64,000 bases of DNA from Sedimentisphaerales bacterium (GTDB lineage: Bacteria > Planctomycetota > Phycisphaerae > Sedimentisphaerales > SM23-30), in contig CAXXFK010000041.1 in NCBI GenBank assembly GCA_963663965.2, positions 32,001 through 96,000 of the forward strand, given 5' to 3'. The notes below the pieces were generated by a model. It had not been told where the DNA came from. It did no database searches and saw only the letters and a program-made list of their open reading frames with translations. This document shows, piece after piece, positions 37,971 through 47,467 of the stretch (positions are counted from its first letter, which is position 1; each line of letters begins with the position of its first letter). The position numbers were made by a program, and so were the translations under genes.

Positions 37971-39172
37971 AGGTAGCCATTGTACTGGAACGACTGGATT
38001 TGACACGGGGCGGCGCGGAGAAGTCGACCTGGGAGATGGCCGGCGCTTTGTGTGACGCCGGGATGCAGGTCACGGTAGTGGCCGGGAAGGTTGTGGACGA
38101 GGGTTTGAATCGAAAGGATATTCCAGTACGGTCATTGGAGGTGAAGGCGTTGACCCGGGCCGGCTGGTGGCGAAAATTTGTTGCGGCTGTTCGAAGCCAT
38201 GTTGGCGCAGAACGTTATGATATCGTGCATTCGATTGTGCCGCTGGATTGCGCGGAGGTGTATCAGCCGCGGGGTGGGAGTATGACCCACATTGCCAGGC
38301 GGCATGCCGAAGCGGCCGTTAATTCGGGGCGCGTCGCATTCAAACGCGCGACAGGATGGCTGAATTCTGGACGGCAGGCCCGCATCGAGGCTGAAAGGGC
38401 TTTGTGTCAAGAGTCTGACGGGCCGGTCGTGACGGCATTAAGCCGGTATGTCGCCGATCAGTTTCGGCGGGATTATGGCTTGAAGGATGAACGGATTGAG
38501 TTGGTTCGTAACGGGGTACGAGTGGAAGCCTTCATCGACAATCAAGTCCATCAAGAGGCGGTCAAAATGCGGCAATTGTGCGATCCGGAAGGGAAACTGG
38601 CCATTCTGCTTTATGTGGGCGCCAATTTTCAGAGAAAAGGGCTGGACTGGCTGATTCGCTCGGCGGCGCAGGCGATGCGGCGCAATCCTGCGGGGCGTGA
38701 TTTTCGGGTGATGGTGGTGAGTCCGGATGATTTTACCCCATACTGGCAACAGGCCCGAAGCCTGGGTTTGGATGGCCGCATCCTGTTTATGGGGCGCAGC
38801 GCCCGGGTGGCAGTGCTTTACGCGATGGCAGACGCGGTAATACTGCCCACTCGTGATGACGCCTGCTCGCGGGTGGTGATGGAAGGGTTGGCCGCGGGGA
38901 CGCCGTCAATTACAACACGGTATAATGGCGCGGCCGATTTTCTGGATGAAGGGAAGTATGGTATTATCGTAGAGCGTTGTGATGATGATGAGGAACTGGC
39001 GGATGCCATCTTGGCGATATGTGACCGTGAGCGTTGTCAGAATTATAAAAAGCGGATTCGCGAGGATGAACTTTTTAAAACCGTATCCATGGCCCGGCAT
39101 GCCCGTGAGTTGATTGCTTTATACCAGAAAATTAAAGGGAAGTCACAAAAAAAGAAAGTCCACGCCAGATGA
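37967..39172 (+). CDS. GT4 glycosyltransferase (WaaG-like)
   Basis: GGAEK, NFQRKGL, DACSRVVMEGLAAGTP. Confidence 0.85.
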   Translation: MKVAIVLERLDLTRGGAEKSTWEMAGALCDAGMQVTVVAGKVVDEGLNRKDIPVRSLEVKALTRAGWWRKFVAAVRSHVGAERYDIVHSIVPLDCAEVYQPRGGSMTHIARRHAEAAVNSGRVAFKRATGWLNSGRQARIEAERALCQESDGPVVTALSRYVADQFRRDYGLKDERIELVRNGVRVEAFIDNQVHQEAVKMRQLCDPEGKLAILLYVGANFQRKGLDWLIRSAAQAMRRNPAGRDFRVMVVSPDDFTPYWQQARSLGLDGRILFMGRSARVAVLYAMADAVILPTRDDACSRVVMEGLAAGTPSITTRYNGAADFLDEGKYGIIVERCDDDEELADAILAICDRERCQNYKKRIREDELFKTVSMARHARELIALYQKIKGKSQKKKVHAR

Positions 39173-39192
39173 AAGAGTGCATGGACTTCTTT
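39153..39192. terminator. Probable bidirectional terminator between convergent genes
   Basis: AAAGAAAGTCCA...TGGACTTCTTT inverted repeat. Confidence 0.5.
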
Positions 39193-39201
39193 ACTTCAGG
39201 A

Positions 39202-39585
39202 TCATGGTATCGGCCAGTTGCCGGGGCAGGGATATAGCCAGAGGGTTGACATCAGGTCAAAATCGATGATATCGACTGGTTCGCTGCCGTTGAAATCAAT
39301 GCTGCCGTTTTCCAGCCAGTTGGCGGTCAGGGAAATCAGGTCGTTCATATCGACCCGGCAGTAATTCATGCCGGGCAGGAAACCACCGGAAAGAATATAA
39401 GGACCGCCAGCCTGCACAAAGGCATCCGGCTGGCCGATCACACCCTGCAAGGAGTAATTGGCATTGCTGCTGGTTGACCCGGGTTCGAGTGTGTGCCAGG
39501 TAATGGTATATTCGGACCAAACTGGCAAAGTAACGGACAGGAGCATGATGGACATTAAAGCGATTCTAATTATCAGTTTATTCAT
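39202..39585 (-). CDS. Small secreted protein with dockerin-like tail
   Basis: Signal peptide; 'YTITWHT...YSLQGVIGQPDA...YILSGGF'; two D..D....WL half repeats. Confidence 0.75.
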   Translation of the reverse strand: MNKLIIRIALMSIMLLSVTLPVWSEYTITWHTLEPGSTSSNANYSLQGVIGQPDAFVQAGGPYILSGGFLPGMNYCRVDMNDLISLTANWLENGSIDFNGSEPVDIIDFDLMSTLWLYPCPGNWPIP

Positions 39586-39600
39586 GATTATCTCCCGGCG

Positions 39601-40620
39601 TTAATCGCCGATAGTAACCCCGCCCTGGGGTGCGTGTAAGGTCATGGCTTTGGTGTAGGTACCGCCTTCGCTGTATAGTCCGGGTTCGATAAAAACCTCC
39701 GCTCCGGATGGAACCAGAGAGGAACTCACAGCGCCATTAAATGTTTTAAAGGGGAAAAAGAATGATCCAAACTGAAAGATGCTGGTGGAGCTTTTATTGA
39801 TAAAACGCCAATGGTCTTCGGGGTAGACAAAGGACATGGCTAAAATGTCATAATCGCTTAAATGGTTACGCTGGCCGATGACATTCTGCCATTGGGTGGC
39901 CCAGGGTGATTTGACCGTGATGGTGCGACAGTTGCTTAGATCGCTTTCGCAACTTCCGCAGGTGGAGAAGGAACACTGGCCGTAATGCATGACGGAATCG
40001 AAATCGTAGGGGCCATAATGGCTGGCGGCGTTGTGTTTGTCAAAGTTGCCTGATTTTCCATCTTCGATGCGATCCCATTCAATGGTGACATAGGTATCCC
40101 GGTCGCTACGGGATTGTTCGTGCCAGAAACCCAGGGTATGAGCCAGTTCATGGGCCATAATGAATCGCCACCCCCAGTTATAGATATTGACGTATTGTTT
40201 ACCGGTGACCATGCCGACGGACGAACTATTCTGGGTTGAGTTTTGAATATGGATGTAGTTGGAATCGCCATCGCGTACTACAAAGTGGATGTCGGCGACG
40301 GCCTCCCATTCATCCATGGCGGCGCGCATGGCGGTTTGATTGGCGGCAGTGACATTGCTGTCGAATTGGTAGGGCACAATCCCGCCGGGCCAGTATGAGA
40401 CATCGCCATAGGTGCTCAGGGCGCCTACCCGGCCGGCGGGCATAACGACATCGCCTTCAATGAGTTCGTATCCTTCCGGGAGGGAAAAGATATAGGGAGA
40501 AAAAGGATCGGTCGGATCCACCTGAGTTTGTTCCTGGGCCAGAAGCATGCTATCAGATATAAAGAAGCAAATACTCAATAAAAAGAGTCGGATTATTTTA
40601 AGTTTTACTGATGGTAACAT
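39601..40620 (-). CDS. Astacin-family (M12A) zinc metalloprotease, secreted
   Basis: HELAHTLGFWHEQSRSDRD zinc motif, Met-turn YDFDSVMHY, WPGGIVPY, GQRNHLS. Confidence 0.92.
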   Translation of the reverse strand: MLPSVKLKIIRLFLLSICFFISDSMLLAQEQTQVDPTDPFSPYIFSLPEGYELIEGDVVMPAGRVGALSTYGDVSYWPGGIVPYQFDSNVTAANQTAMRAAMDEWEAVADIHFVVRDGDSNYIHIQNSTQNSSSVGMVTGKQYVNIYNWGWRFIMAHELAHTLGFWHEQSRSDRDTYVTIEWDRIEDGKSGNFDKHNAASHYGPYDFDSVMHYGQCSFSTCGSCESDLSNCRTITVKSPWATQWQNVIGQRNHLSDYDILAMSFVYPEDHWRFINKSSTSIFQFGSFFFPFKTFNGAVSSSLVPSGAEVFIEPGLYSEGGTYTKAMTLHAPQGGVTIGD

Positions 40621-40638
40621 GATAAGCTCTCCTTTTGT

Positions 40639-43107
40639 TTATTGCAGACTGACCAGGACCAGGACCAAGCCTTTGCCTTCAGTGAGGCTGGTCATGGCTT
40701 TGCCAAGAATTGCACCGGCTGCCTGGGAATGATCGGTTACTTTCATGGCATGTCCGGGAGTCGCTGACGTTGTCAATAGATCGCCCGGTTCGACGGGGCC
40801 GTTCGACGTGTCCACCAGGCAATAGACCCGGCCGGACAATGCCACGGGGTTTGAACCATCGGCGAGGGTATTCCGCTGCCCCATCATCATCCCGGGTTGA
40901 ATCCCGCCGGCGCCGCTGATGATGCCGGCGACTTTATGGTCGTGGGCCTGGTTGCTGACAATGAGTTTGCCGGGACGCTGTGGATCGATACAAACGACCA
41001 TGCCGGGAAGGATATTGGACTGGCCGTCGGGGTGACGGATATCGAAATTTTCTGAGAGGTCGGACCCGCCGGTGATTTGCAGGGTGGGGGTGATGACCCG
41101 GGCGCCACTGGGGACTTCGACGCCGCCTTTGGCCCAGACTTTGCCATCATTGTAGACGGCGAATTCATGTTCGCCGCCATCGCCACCGAATCCTTTGATT
41201 AAATAGCCAGTACCCAGGTTGCTGAAAACCGCCGTGGTGTCGGTACTGCCGGCGTTATTATTGATGGCCCACAGAGCCACTCCGCCGGTATGATCCGCTT
41301 TAGCGTAAAGTGTTGCGCCATTGAGGCCGGTACCCGTAGAGGAAGTGAAATTGCCGGCATGGGAACTGCTGGTATTATTGGAAGCATAAAGCGCGTGTGA
41401 ACTGGCGCTATAACAACGCAAGCCGTAGCTACTGTTGCTATAAATGTAGGCGCCATAACTGGTGTTACTGTAGCCATATAAACCGTATCCTGAAGCAGAA
41501 GTCCCATAGACACCGCTGGCCGAACTGGTACTGACCCCTTTGACACCGGCATCGGCGGAGGTATTGCTGGCGGATTCGCCATAGACCCCGTTGTTGGAGT
41601 GACTTTCACCATATAGGCCATCCAGCGAATAGGAATATCCGGCTACGCCATAGCCCGTGTCTGATGCGCCGGCGACGCCTATTTTTCCGGTTGGCAGGCT
41701 ATGGATCTGGGAGCCACTTTGTCCCATACTGGGGGCGGCTCCCAGGACTCCCATCGTACGATAACTGCCCGGAGTTCCGATAGAACCGCCATACAGGCCT
41801 GCCGGGTAATTCCCAAATGAGCCGTCCGAGGAATTAACCATTGAAATCAGGCCGCCATTGGCGTCGGCGCCGAAATAATCCAGCGGGAACAAAATCTGCT
41901 CATCACGAACAGCCTGGGCAGCGATTTTGCCGGTGGTAACGGCCTCATCGGCCAGATCGACTGAAGTGACCGCGCCATTGATAATCATGGCTGAATTAAT
42001 GGCATTGGCCTGCCCTTCATTGACATAGAGACTGGTCAGGGTTGAGGCGCCTTCGTAAAGGGTTGAGGTGACGCCGCTACGGCCATAATCCTGGCTTGCC
42101 ATCATGAAACTCCCGGCATGATAGCCATCCAGCATGTCGGCATTGAGGTCTTTTTGTATGGTGGTGTTATTTTGCGCGATACTTCCTGATGTATTGCCGA
42201 GATAGCCTTCGGCCATTAAGTTGCCATAAGCGGAGAAGCGGGCGTTATTCAGGGCGCCGCTGGTGATTTGTGCGGCGGAATGTTCGTGGGTGTCAAGGGC
42301 AAAGGCTTTGGAGTCCATTCCATCCAGGCTATCGGCGTTTTTGGCATTCAGCGCCGTGCCGGCTGAAGCGGCATATTCGATGGTAATGGTATCGGGGACC
42401 TGACTGTCATCAATGGCTCCGGTGATGTCACTAAAGGCATGAGCATGCCTGGAATCGGCGAAATCGGATGCATCTTTGCCATCGAGCAAATCGGCATTTA
42501 AGGTCCGTTGGAGAATGCCGTTGTTGCGGGCGATATCGTCAGCGTTATTGTTCAGCAATCCTTCGGCGATGAGATCAGCCAGGGCGGAAAAGAGATCGGT
42601 ATTCAGGGTGCCGGAGGTGATCTGTTCTGCGGCATGGAGGTGGGCGGCCTGGGCGAATTCGCCGGAAGGCAACCCATTCAGGGTTTGCGCATTTAAAGCC
42701 GTGCCGGCCAGAGAGCTATAAAGCGCGTAAGGAACCGGAGTGAGTTCCTGAAGCGGGCTGAGCGGCTGGAAGGCGTTGGGATCAATATTGTCACCCGGCC
42801 GGATAGCGATCCGGAGCCAGCGTTGCTGACCATTAAAGGCAAAACTGCCAAAGTCGAGGCTGGCAGTGAAATAGCCATCGGTAATGGGAATATCTTCGGA
42901 AATCTGTTCGTTTGAAATCATGACGGCGGAGGCCGGATCGGCCGAGTCAAACAGGGTGAATTTCAGATCATAAGAGCCGCCGGCGGGACTTTCCTGGTCG
43001 AACAGGCGGCCCTGGTAGGTAAACCGGCCAGTAAGGGCATCGCCGTGAACCGCCAGAGAAAGCCATCCCAGGATCATCAGACAGGTTGATACCATCGTAC
43101 GTTTCAT
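40639..43107 (-). CDS. Secreted fibre-like/adhesin-like protein with chaperone-like C-terminal domain
   Basis: Signal peptide; FTYQGRL...PVPYA head; repeated NADxLDG + HxH; G-V-Y-G-x-S repeats; C-terminal GGSDLSE...KVAGIIS...PVALSGRVY...GDLLTTS; AAGGAG RBS. Confidence 0.75.
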   Translation of the reverse strand: MKRTMVSTCLMILGWLSLAVHGDALTGRFTYQGRLFDQESPAGGSYDLKFTLFDSADPASAVMISNEQISEDIPITDGYFTASLDFGSFAFNGQQRWLRIAIRPGDNIDPNAFQPLSPLQELTPVPYALYSSLAGTALNAQTLNGLPSGEFAQAAHLHAAEQITSGTLNTDLFSALADLIAEGLLNNNADDIARNNGILQRTLNADLLDGKDASDFADSRHAHAFSDITGAIDDSQVPDTITIEYAASAGTALNAKNADSLDGMDSKAFALDTHEHSAAQITSGALNNARFSAYGNLMAEGYLGNTSGSIAQNNTTIQKDLNADMLDGYHAGSFMMASQDYGRSGVTSTLYEGASTLTSLYVNEGQANAINSAMIINGAVTSVDLADEAVTTGKIAAQAVRDEQILFPLDYFGADANGGLISMVNSSDGSFGNYPAGLYGGSIGTPGSYRTMGVLGAAPSMGQSGSQIHSLPTGKIGVAGASDTGYGVAGYSYSLDGLYGESHSNNGVYGESASNTSADAGVKGVSTSSASGVYGTSASGYGLYGYSNTSYGAYIYSNSSYGLRCYSASSHALYASNNTSSSHAGNFTSSTGTGLNGATLYAKADHTGGVALWAINNNAGSTDTTAVFSNLGTGYLIKGFGGDGGEHEFAVYNDGKVWAKGGVEVPSGARVITPTLQITGGSDLSENFDIRHPDGQSNILPGMVVCIDPQRPGKLIVSNQAHDHKVAGIISGAGGIQPGMMMGQRNTLADGSNPVALSGRVYCLVDTSNGPVEPGDLLTTSATPGHAMKVTDHSQAAGAILGKAMTSLTEGKGLVLVLVSLQ

Positions 43108-43218
43108 GATTTTCTCCTTATAAGAAATGAGATCCATTCTGATAGAAATTTAATTTCCGACTTAATTGGTCATGATTTAGCATTTATCACTCTACCTTTG
43201 CCTTGAGTCGCCATAAGG

Positions 43219-43252
43219 AGAGTGTCTCGAAAGAAAAATTTTGAGACACTCT
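43219..43252. promoter_or_regulatory. Inverted repeat upstream of the fibre gene (operator or terminator)
   Basis: AGAGTGTCTC...GAGACACTCT. Confidence 0.45.
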
Positions 43253-43406
43253 TGATTCACCGTGATTTTTATTAAAGTCGACGATTCACAACGACAATTT
43301 TATCATACAGTAAGGCGTCACTTAATACAAGAGTAAAATTAAAAACGGTGAAAGGCGATAATTGATGGTACGATGGGTAAACCAGGCCCATGCGGTCAGA
43401 TCGGAT

Positions 43407-44231
43407 TTATTGGATCAGCCGGCGCAGGGAATGGATGATATCCAATCCGACAGTCAGCGGCAACCCGTCTTCGGTCAATGAGCTTTGACGGGTAATCCCA
43501 TCCACCGAACCATGGTTTACCAGATATTGCGCGATTTGTACCGGATCAAACTCTGTCAGCAGGTCCTGGTGGATCAGGCGGCTCATTTCAGCTAAAATGC
43601 CATAAACGCCCCAGTTGGAAACGCGGGCGATTACCAGTTCATCCACCCGGGTGATCGATGGAATGATATCCAGGTCTTTCAGCCAGGGCAAGACATTGCC
43701 CATGCCGATTTCATTGCCGCCATCCCCGATGCCGATGGTCGGGCATTGACACCATTCCATGAGGTTATCCAATCGGGCGATGTGATTGGTGATGTCTTCA
43801 CGGCGCATATTGTAATATTTGCCATCGGCGGCGATGCCCGGTCTTTCGATCGATATGATTAATGACGGATTCAGTTTATTGAGAAGGGCGCGGGCGATTG
43901 CCTGGCTTTCTGTTTGATCGCGAATGGGAAATTCGCAAGCAGTCCAGTCGTTTTTCAAGACGTGATATAAGGGAGGGGCGCAGACGAAAATCGGGCGATA
44001 ATTCAATTTTTCGAGCACCTGAAAAAGCGCGAGGGCTCCAATAGGACCATCGGTTTCATAAGTGCCGGCGACCCAGAAACCGCTTCCGATTAAAACGGTA
44101 CCCGGGTTATCGATGATCAATTGAGCGGCGCGCCGGCAATAGCCACGGGGCAGGCCGGACCGGGCTTTTTCGATGCCGCGGCTGGACTGCTTGAGCAGAA
44201 GATCTTCAATTGTGACAGTGATATCATCCAT
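43407..44231 (-). CDS. DUF4392 / D-glutamate cyclase-like domain protein
   Basis: ETDGPIGA, SIERPG..ADGKYYNMR, IGIGDGGNEIGMG, VSNWG. Confidence 0.85.
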   Translation of the reverse strand: MDDITVTIEDLLLKQSSRGIEKARSGLPRGYCRRAAQLIIDNPGTVLIGSGFWVAGTYETDGPIGALALFQVLEKLNYRPIFVCAPPLYHVLKNDWTACEFPIRDQTESQAIARALLNKLNPSLIISIERPGIAADGKYYNMRREDITNHIARLDNLMEWCQCPTIGIGDGGNEIGMGNVLPWLKDLDIIPSITRVDELVIARVSNWGVYGILAEMSRLIHQDLLTEFDPVQIAQYLVNHGSVDGITRQSSLTEDGLPLTVGLDIIHSLRRLIQ

Positions 44232-44303
44232 CAGGCGATATAATAACGATTCGAACCAGGAGAAGACAGAAAAATTCCAACCGTTCAGAGAAGATATCTG
44301 CGT

Positions 44304-45356
44304 TTAAAAAGGATTGTTATCGGGTGGCCCCACGCAGTTACACCAGGACAAATGGCCGAGCCACTGGCTTGAAAAGATGGCGGCATCAATGATATTGACT
44401 TCGCCATCGTGATTGATGTCTGCCGGGATCGGCCATTCGCTTAATGACGCGTAAGGGGTGTTGCCATAGGCACCCATGTTAACACGCCCACCATTCGGAT
44501 CGCGTTCGCGCTGCGGTTTGAGCTTTGGGTCACCGCCATCGAGGCAGGGGCTGTTTACCGGATCCAGGATCCAGAATCCACGCGTTTCAGTACTGGATTG
44601 CGTTACATTGGGATCGGGTAAACCGGGCAGATCGTAATCGTTTCGATAGGGTATGAAACGTCCCCGTTCAGAACGCAGGTGGAAATCGCCTGCATTCAGA
44701 TCGGCGAACAAGGGATTCTGGCTGATATTGCCGTTGCCATCGATATTGGTATTAAAATGTCTGAAACAACTGAATTGCGCCTTGATGGGGTAATGAAGGT
44801 CATCTTTTTCGCAAGCGATATCGACGCGGTTGTTCCATAGAATCGAATTGGTCATTTCCGGACTGGAACTGCCATAACCGACGATGCCTTCACTATTATT
44901 GGCTATGGTCATGTTCAGCAAAAGCGGCGAACTGTTGATCAGGAGAATAGCCGTTTCGCATTGACGGATAATGAGATTCTGGAATACCAGTTTGTAGTTT
45001 TCGGCGGTCTGGCAGGTGATGGCAATCGTCTGGCCTTCGATAATGGCCGGATCTTCGGCGCTGACAATGGTGAGCGCTTTTCCCAGGGTATTGATGCTTT
45101 CCAAATATATGCCCGGCCAGACCATAATGATGTCATTGGAATTCGTACGCGCTTTTAGTATAGCGGCCTGGATCGATTTCAGGGCGTGCGCCCGTCCGAG
45201 TCCGCTGTTACTATCCAATCCATTAACGATGTCAACATGCAGCGTCTGGCTCACCGGACCACTGGTTCCCGGGTTGGTGTTTTGAGAAAGCGCCCATGAT
45301 CCTATCGCAAAGGATAAGATGAGGGTTAAAACCAGTATGGAAGGTTTAGTGGACAA
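44304..45356 (-). CDS. Secreted parallel beta-helix protein with dockerin-like tail
   Basis: KSIQAAI...VWPGIY.E, GNISQNPLF, DFHL.S, SPCLDGGDP, NMGAYG, ADINHDGEVNIIDAAIFSSQWL. Confidence 0.75.
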   Translation of the reverse strand: MSTKPSILVLTLILSFAIGSWALSQNTNPGTSGPVSQTLHVDIVNGLDSNSGLGRAHALKSIQAAILKARTNSNDIIMVWPGIYLESINTLGKALTIVSAEDPAIIEGQTIAITCQTAENYKLVFQNLIIRQCETAILLINSSPLLLNMTIANNSEGIVGYGSSSPEMTNSILWNNRVDIACEKDDLHYPIKAQFSCFRHFNTNIDGNGNISQNPLFADLNAGDFHLRSERGRFIPYRNDYDLPGLPDPNVTQSSTETRGFWILDPVNSPCLDGGDPKLKPQRERDPNGGRVNMGAYGNTPYASLSEWPIPADINHDGEVNIIDAAIFSSQWLGHLSWCNCVGPPDNNPF

Positions 45357-47232
45357 GATTTAATCCATTTTGAGTGATCAGGTTCAATAGCCAGAGCTGG
45401 TTTTCATTGCCGGCGCCGGAATTCTGACGTTGATACGCTTCCGGATTGATAACTATCGGACGCAACCCCGGCTGATAATGATAATTGATCCGGGCTTTTT
45501 CCTGAGAATTTAGATAAACGGTTACGCTTTCCAGGCAGTCATTAAAGATATCGACGTCATATTGTATTGAAACGCCGGTGTAATTATTATCGGTTAAAAT
45601 AATCCGGGCTTTGCCTTTTTGTTGCAGATATTGTGTCTGGAACATCATGTTCAGTCTGGCGGCATCGCGCCGGATCGTGTCGAGAGTATGGAGGCCGGTC
45701 CAGGGCCGCCCAAATGTGGTTAAAAAATACCCCGACGACCACGATCTCGACACTCCTTTGCTGGTGATATTCATGATGGCTTTGTGTTCGAGATCGCAAA
45801 TTTTCACATCTGATCCTATGTTCAATTCCAGGCTTGGTGAGATATTTTGCAGTTGGCGGTAAACCAGGGGGATTTGCCCATGGCCAGTGACGGATTGGCC
45901 GAGAATGTGGCCATCGATAGTAAAGGTCGTCCAGCCTTGTTTGTGAATTTCATCCCGTTCGTCGACAACCAGGATGGAATCCGGCCAGTTGTAGCGATAA
46001 TACTCTTCATCGAGGCCACTGGGGTGCCGGTTGACCTGTACCTCGGGCAGACCGGCGTCTGGCCGGGTTTTGACTCTGAAGAGCAAATCGCGGCCGCCCG
46101 GCAAATTCTGGTTAATGGGGTATGGTTGGTCTTCAATTCGATTCAGAGCGGTTTGCAGAGTCACTGGATCGCCGGGCAGCCGGATTGTACTGAGGTTTGT
46201 ATTCCAGTAGTGATAATTTTTAATTGTGACAGAATGGCTTTCCGGGTCGTAGCAATAGTTATATTGATCATTTTGCAGCCAGAGTGTAACCGGAGAGTTG
46301 CCGGAAGAATTCATCAGACGGGTCATGACCGGACCGTTGGTGTTTTGGGGATAATAATACCAGGCTTCGTTGATGGAAAGGGCGGCATTCTGATGGTCAT
46401 ATTCCTGACGGGCATAAGAGAGGTCAGTCACATTGGGATTCGTGTTCTGGATATTCGTTTCAGAAGCGGGATGGTAAAGAGCCGCACCTGCAGTAATTAC
46501 GCCTGAGGCGGCAACAGTAGCCAATATGGTTTTTGAGGCCGCATAACCCGCTACCGTAGCGCCAACACCGGCATTCAGCAGATAGGGTGAAATCTGAACC
46601 TGGGCCGCGGCGGCGGGATTTCCGGCTGTCATTTTACCGAAAACGACCAAAGCGGAAAGTAACATTCCTTTTTTCAAGCCATTTCTTGACAGTTCTTTGG
46701 CGAGGGCCCGTTTGGCCCGAACAAACATCATTCGTGTGGAAAATTCACTGGATCCCATGATCTCGGCAATCTGGGCATATTCCATCTGTTCATAGCAACG
46801 CATGCTCAAGACGGCGCGATAGTTGGCCTTGAGTTTTTTCATGGCTCCCAAGACGATATGTTCCAGTTCGTGAGTGATCAGTTGTTTGAGTCCTTCCTGA
46901 GACTGCCGACCGGTGAATGCCTGTCCAGCAGCGGTAATCAGTTCGCGCTGGCGTTGTTCTTTGCGGAAATGGTGCCTTAATTTGTTGAAGGCGATACCGC
47001 GCAGCCAGGGCCAGAACTTGTCTTTATCCTGTAATTTACCCAGTACCTTAAACATCTCGATAACTGTCTCCTGCACAATGTCTTGCGTCAGGTCATCCTG
47101 AAGCGTGATTCGATAAATATAGGGACGTAATTTTCCCAGAGCATAATTCGCCAATAGCTCACGATCAGCGTCTATGCCCTGTAACACGTTGTCAATCAAT
47201 AACTTAATGTCTTGAGGTTTGTTGTTTTCCAT
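45346..47232 (-). CDS. ECF RNA polymerase sigma factor with ~450-aa C-terminal extension
   Basis: Sigma2 DIVQET...FWPWLRGIAFN; sigma4 L..NYRAVL...YAQIAEIMG...RAKRAL; Ala-rich hydrophobic segment followed by a soluble domain. Confidence 0.85.
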   Translation of the reverse strand: MENNKPQDIKLLIDNVLQGIDADRELLANYALGKLRPYIYRITLQDDLTQDIVQETVIEMFKVLGKLQDKDKFWPWLRGIAFNKLRHHFRKEQRQRELITAAGQAFTGRQSQEGLKQLITHELEHIVLGAMKKLKANYRAVLSMRCYEQMEYAQIAEIMGSSEFSTRMMFVRAKRALAKELSRNGLKKGMLLSALVVFGKMTAGNPAAAAQVQISPYLLNAGVGATVAGYAASKTILATVAASGVITAGAALYHPASETNIQNTNPNVTDLSYARQEYDHQNAALSINEAWYYYPQNTNGPVMTRLMNSSGNSPVTLWLQNDQYNYCYDPESHSVTIKNYHYWNTNLSTIRLPGDPVTLQTALNRIEDQPYPINQNLPGGRDLLFRVKTRPDAGLPEVQVNRHPSGLDEEYYRYNWPDSILVVDERDEIHKQGWTTFTIDGHILGQSVTGHGQIPLVYRQLQNISPSLELNIGSDVKICDLEHKAIMNITSKGVSRSWSSGYFLTTFGRPWTGLHTLDTIRRDAARLNMMFQTQYLQQKGKARIILTDNNYTGVSIQYDVDIFNDCLESVTVYLNSQEKARINYHYQPGLRPIVINPEAYQRQNSGAGNENQLWLLNLITQNGLNLVH

Positions 47233-47467
47233 TTAGGGCCATTAATGGGGTAAAAGAGGTTGTTTTACCTTAATGTGCCGGATTCTATTTCGATTATAAC
47301 GCATATTTCCGCTTCAAGTTGAGATTTTATAGAATTATTCTGGCCTGGAGCCATATAGGAAGCATATTTGATATAACCCTTTGCAGCAGGACAAAAATTA
47401 ACCTGTCGGTTATAGGAGGCCCATATCCAGTATAATTATATAATTATTATAAGGTAACTCATTGTAT

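Noticed and set aside
40639..43107. Prophage tail-fibre gene
   Set aside because: Has a Sec signal peptide and no phage structural, lysis or integrase genes nearby
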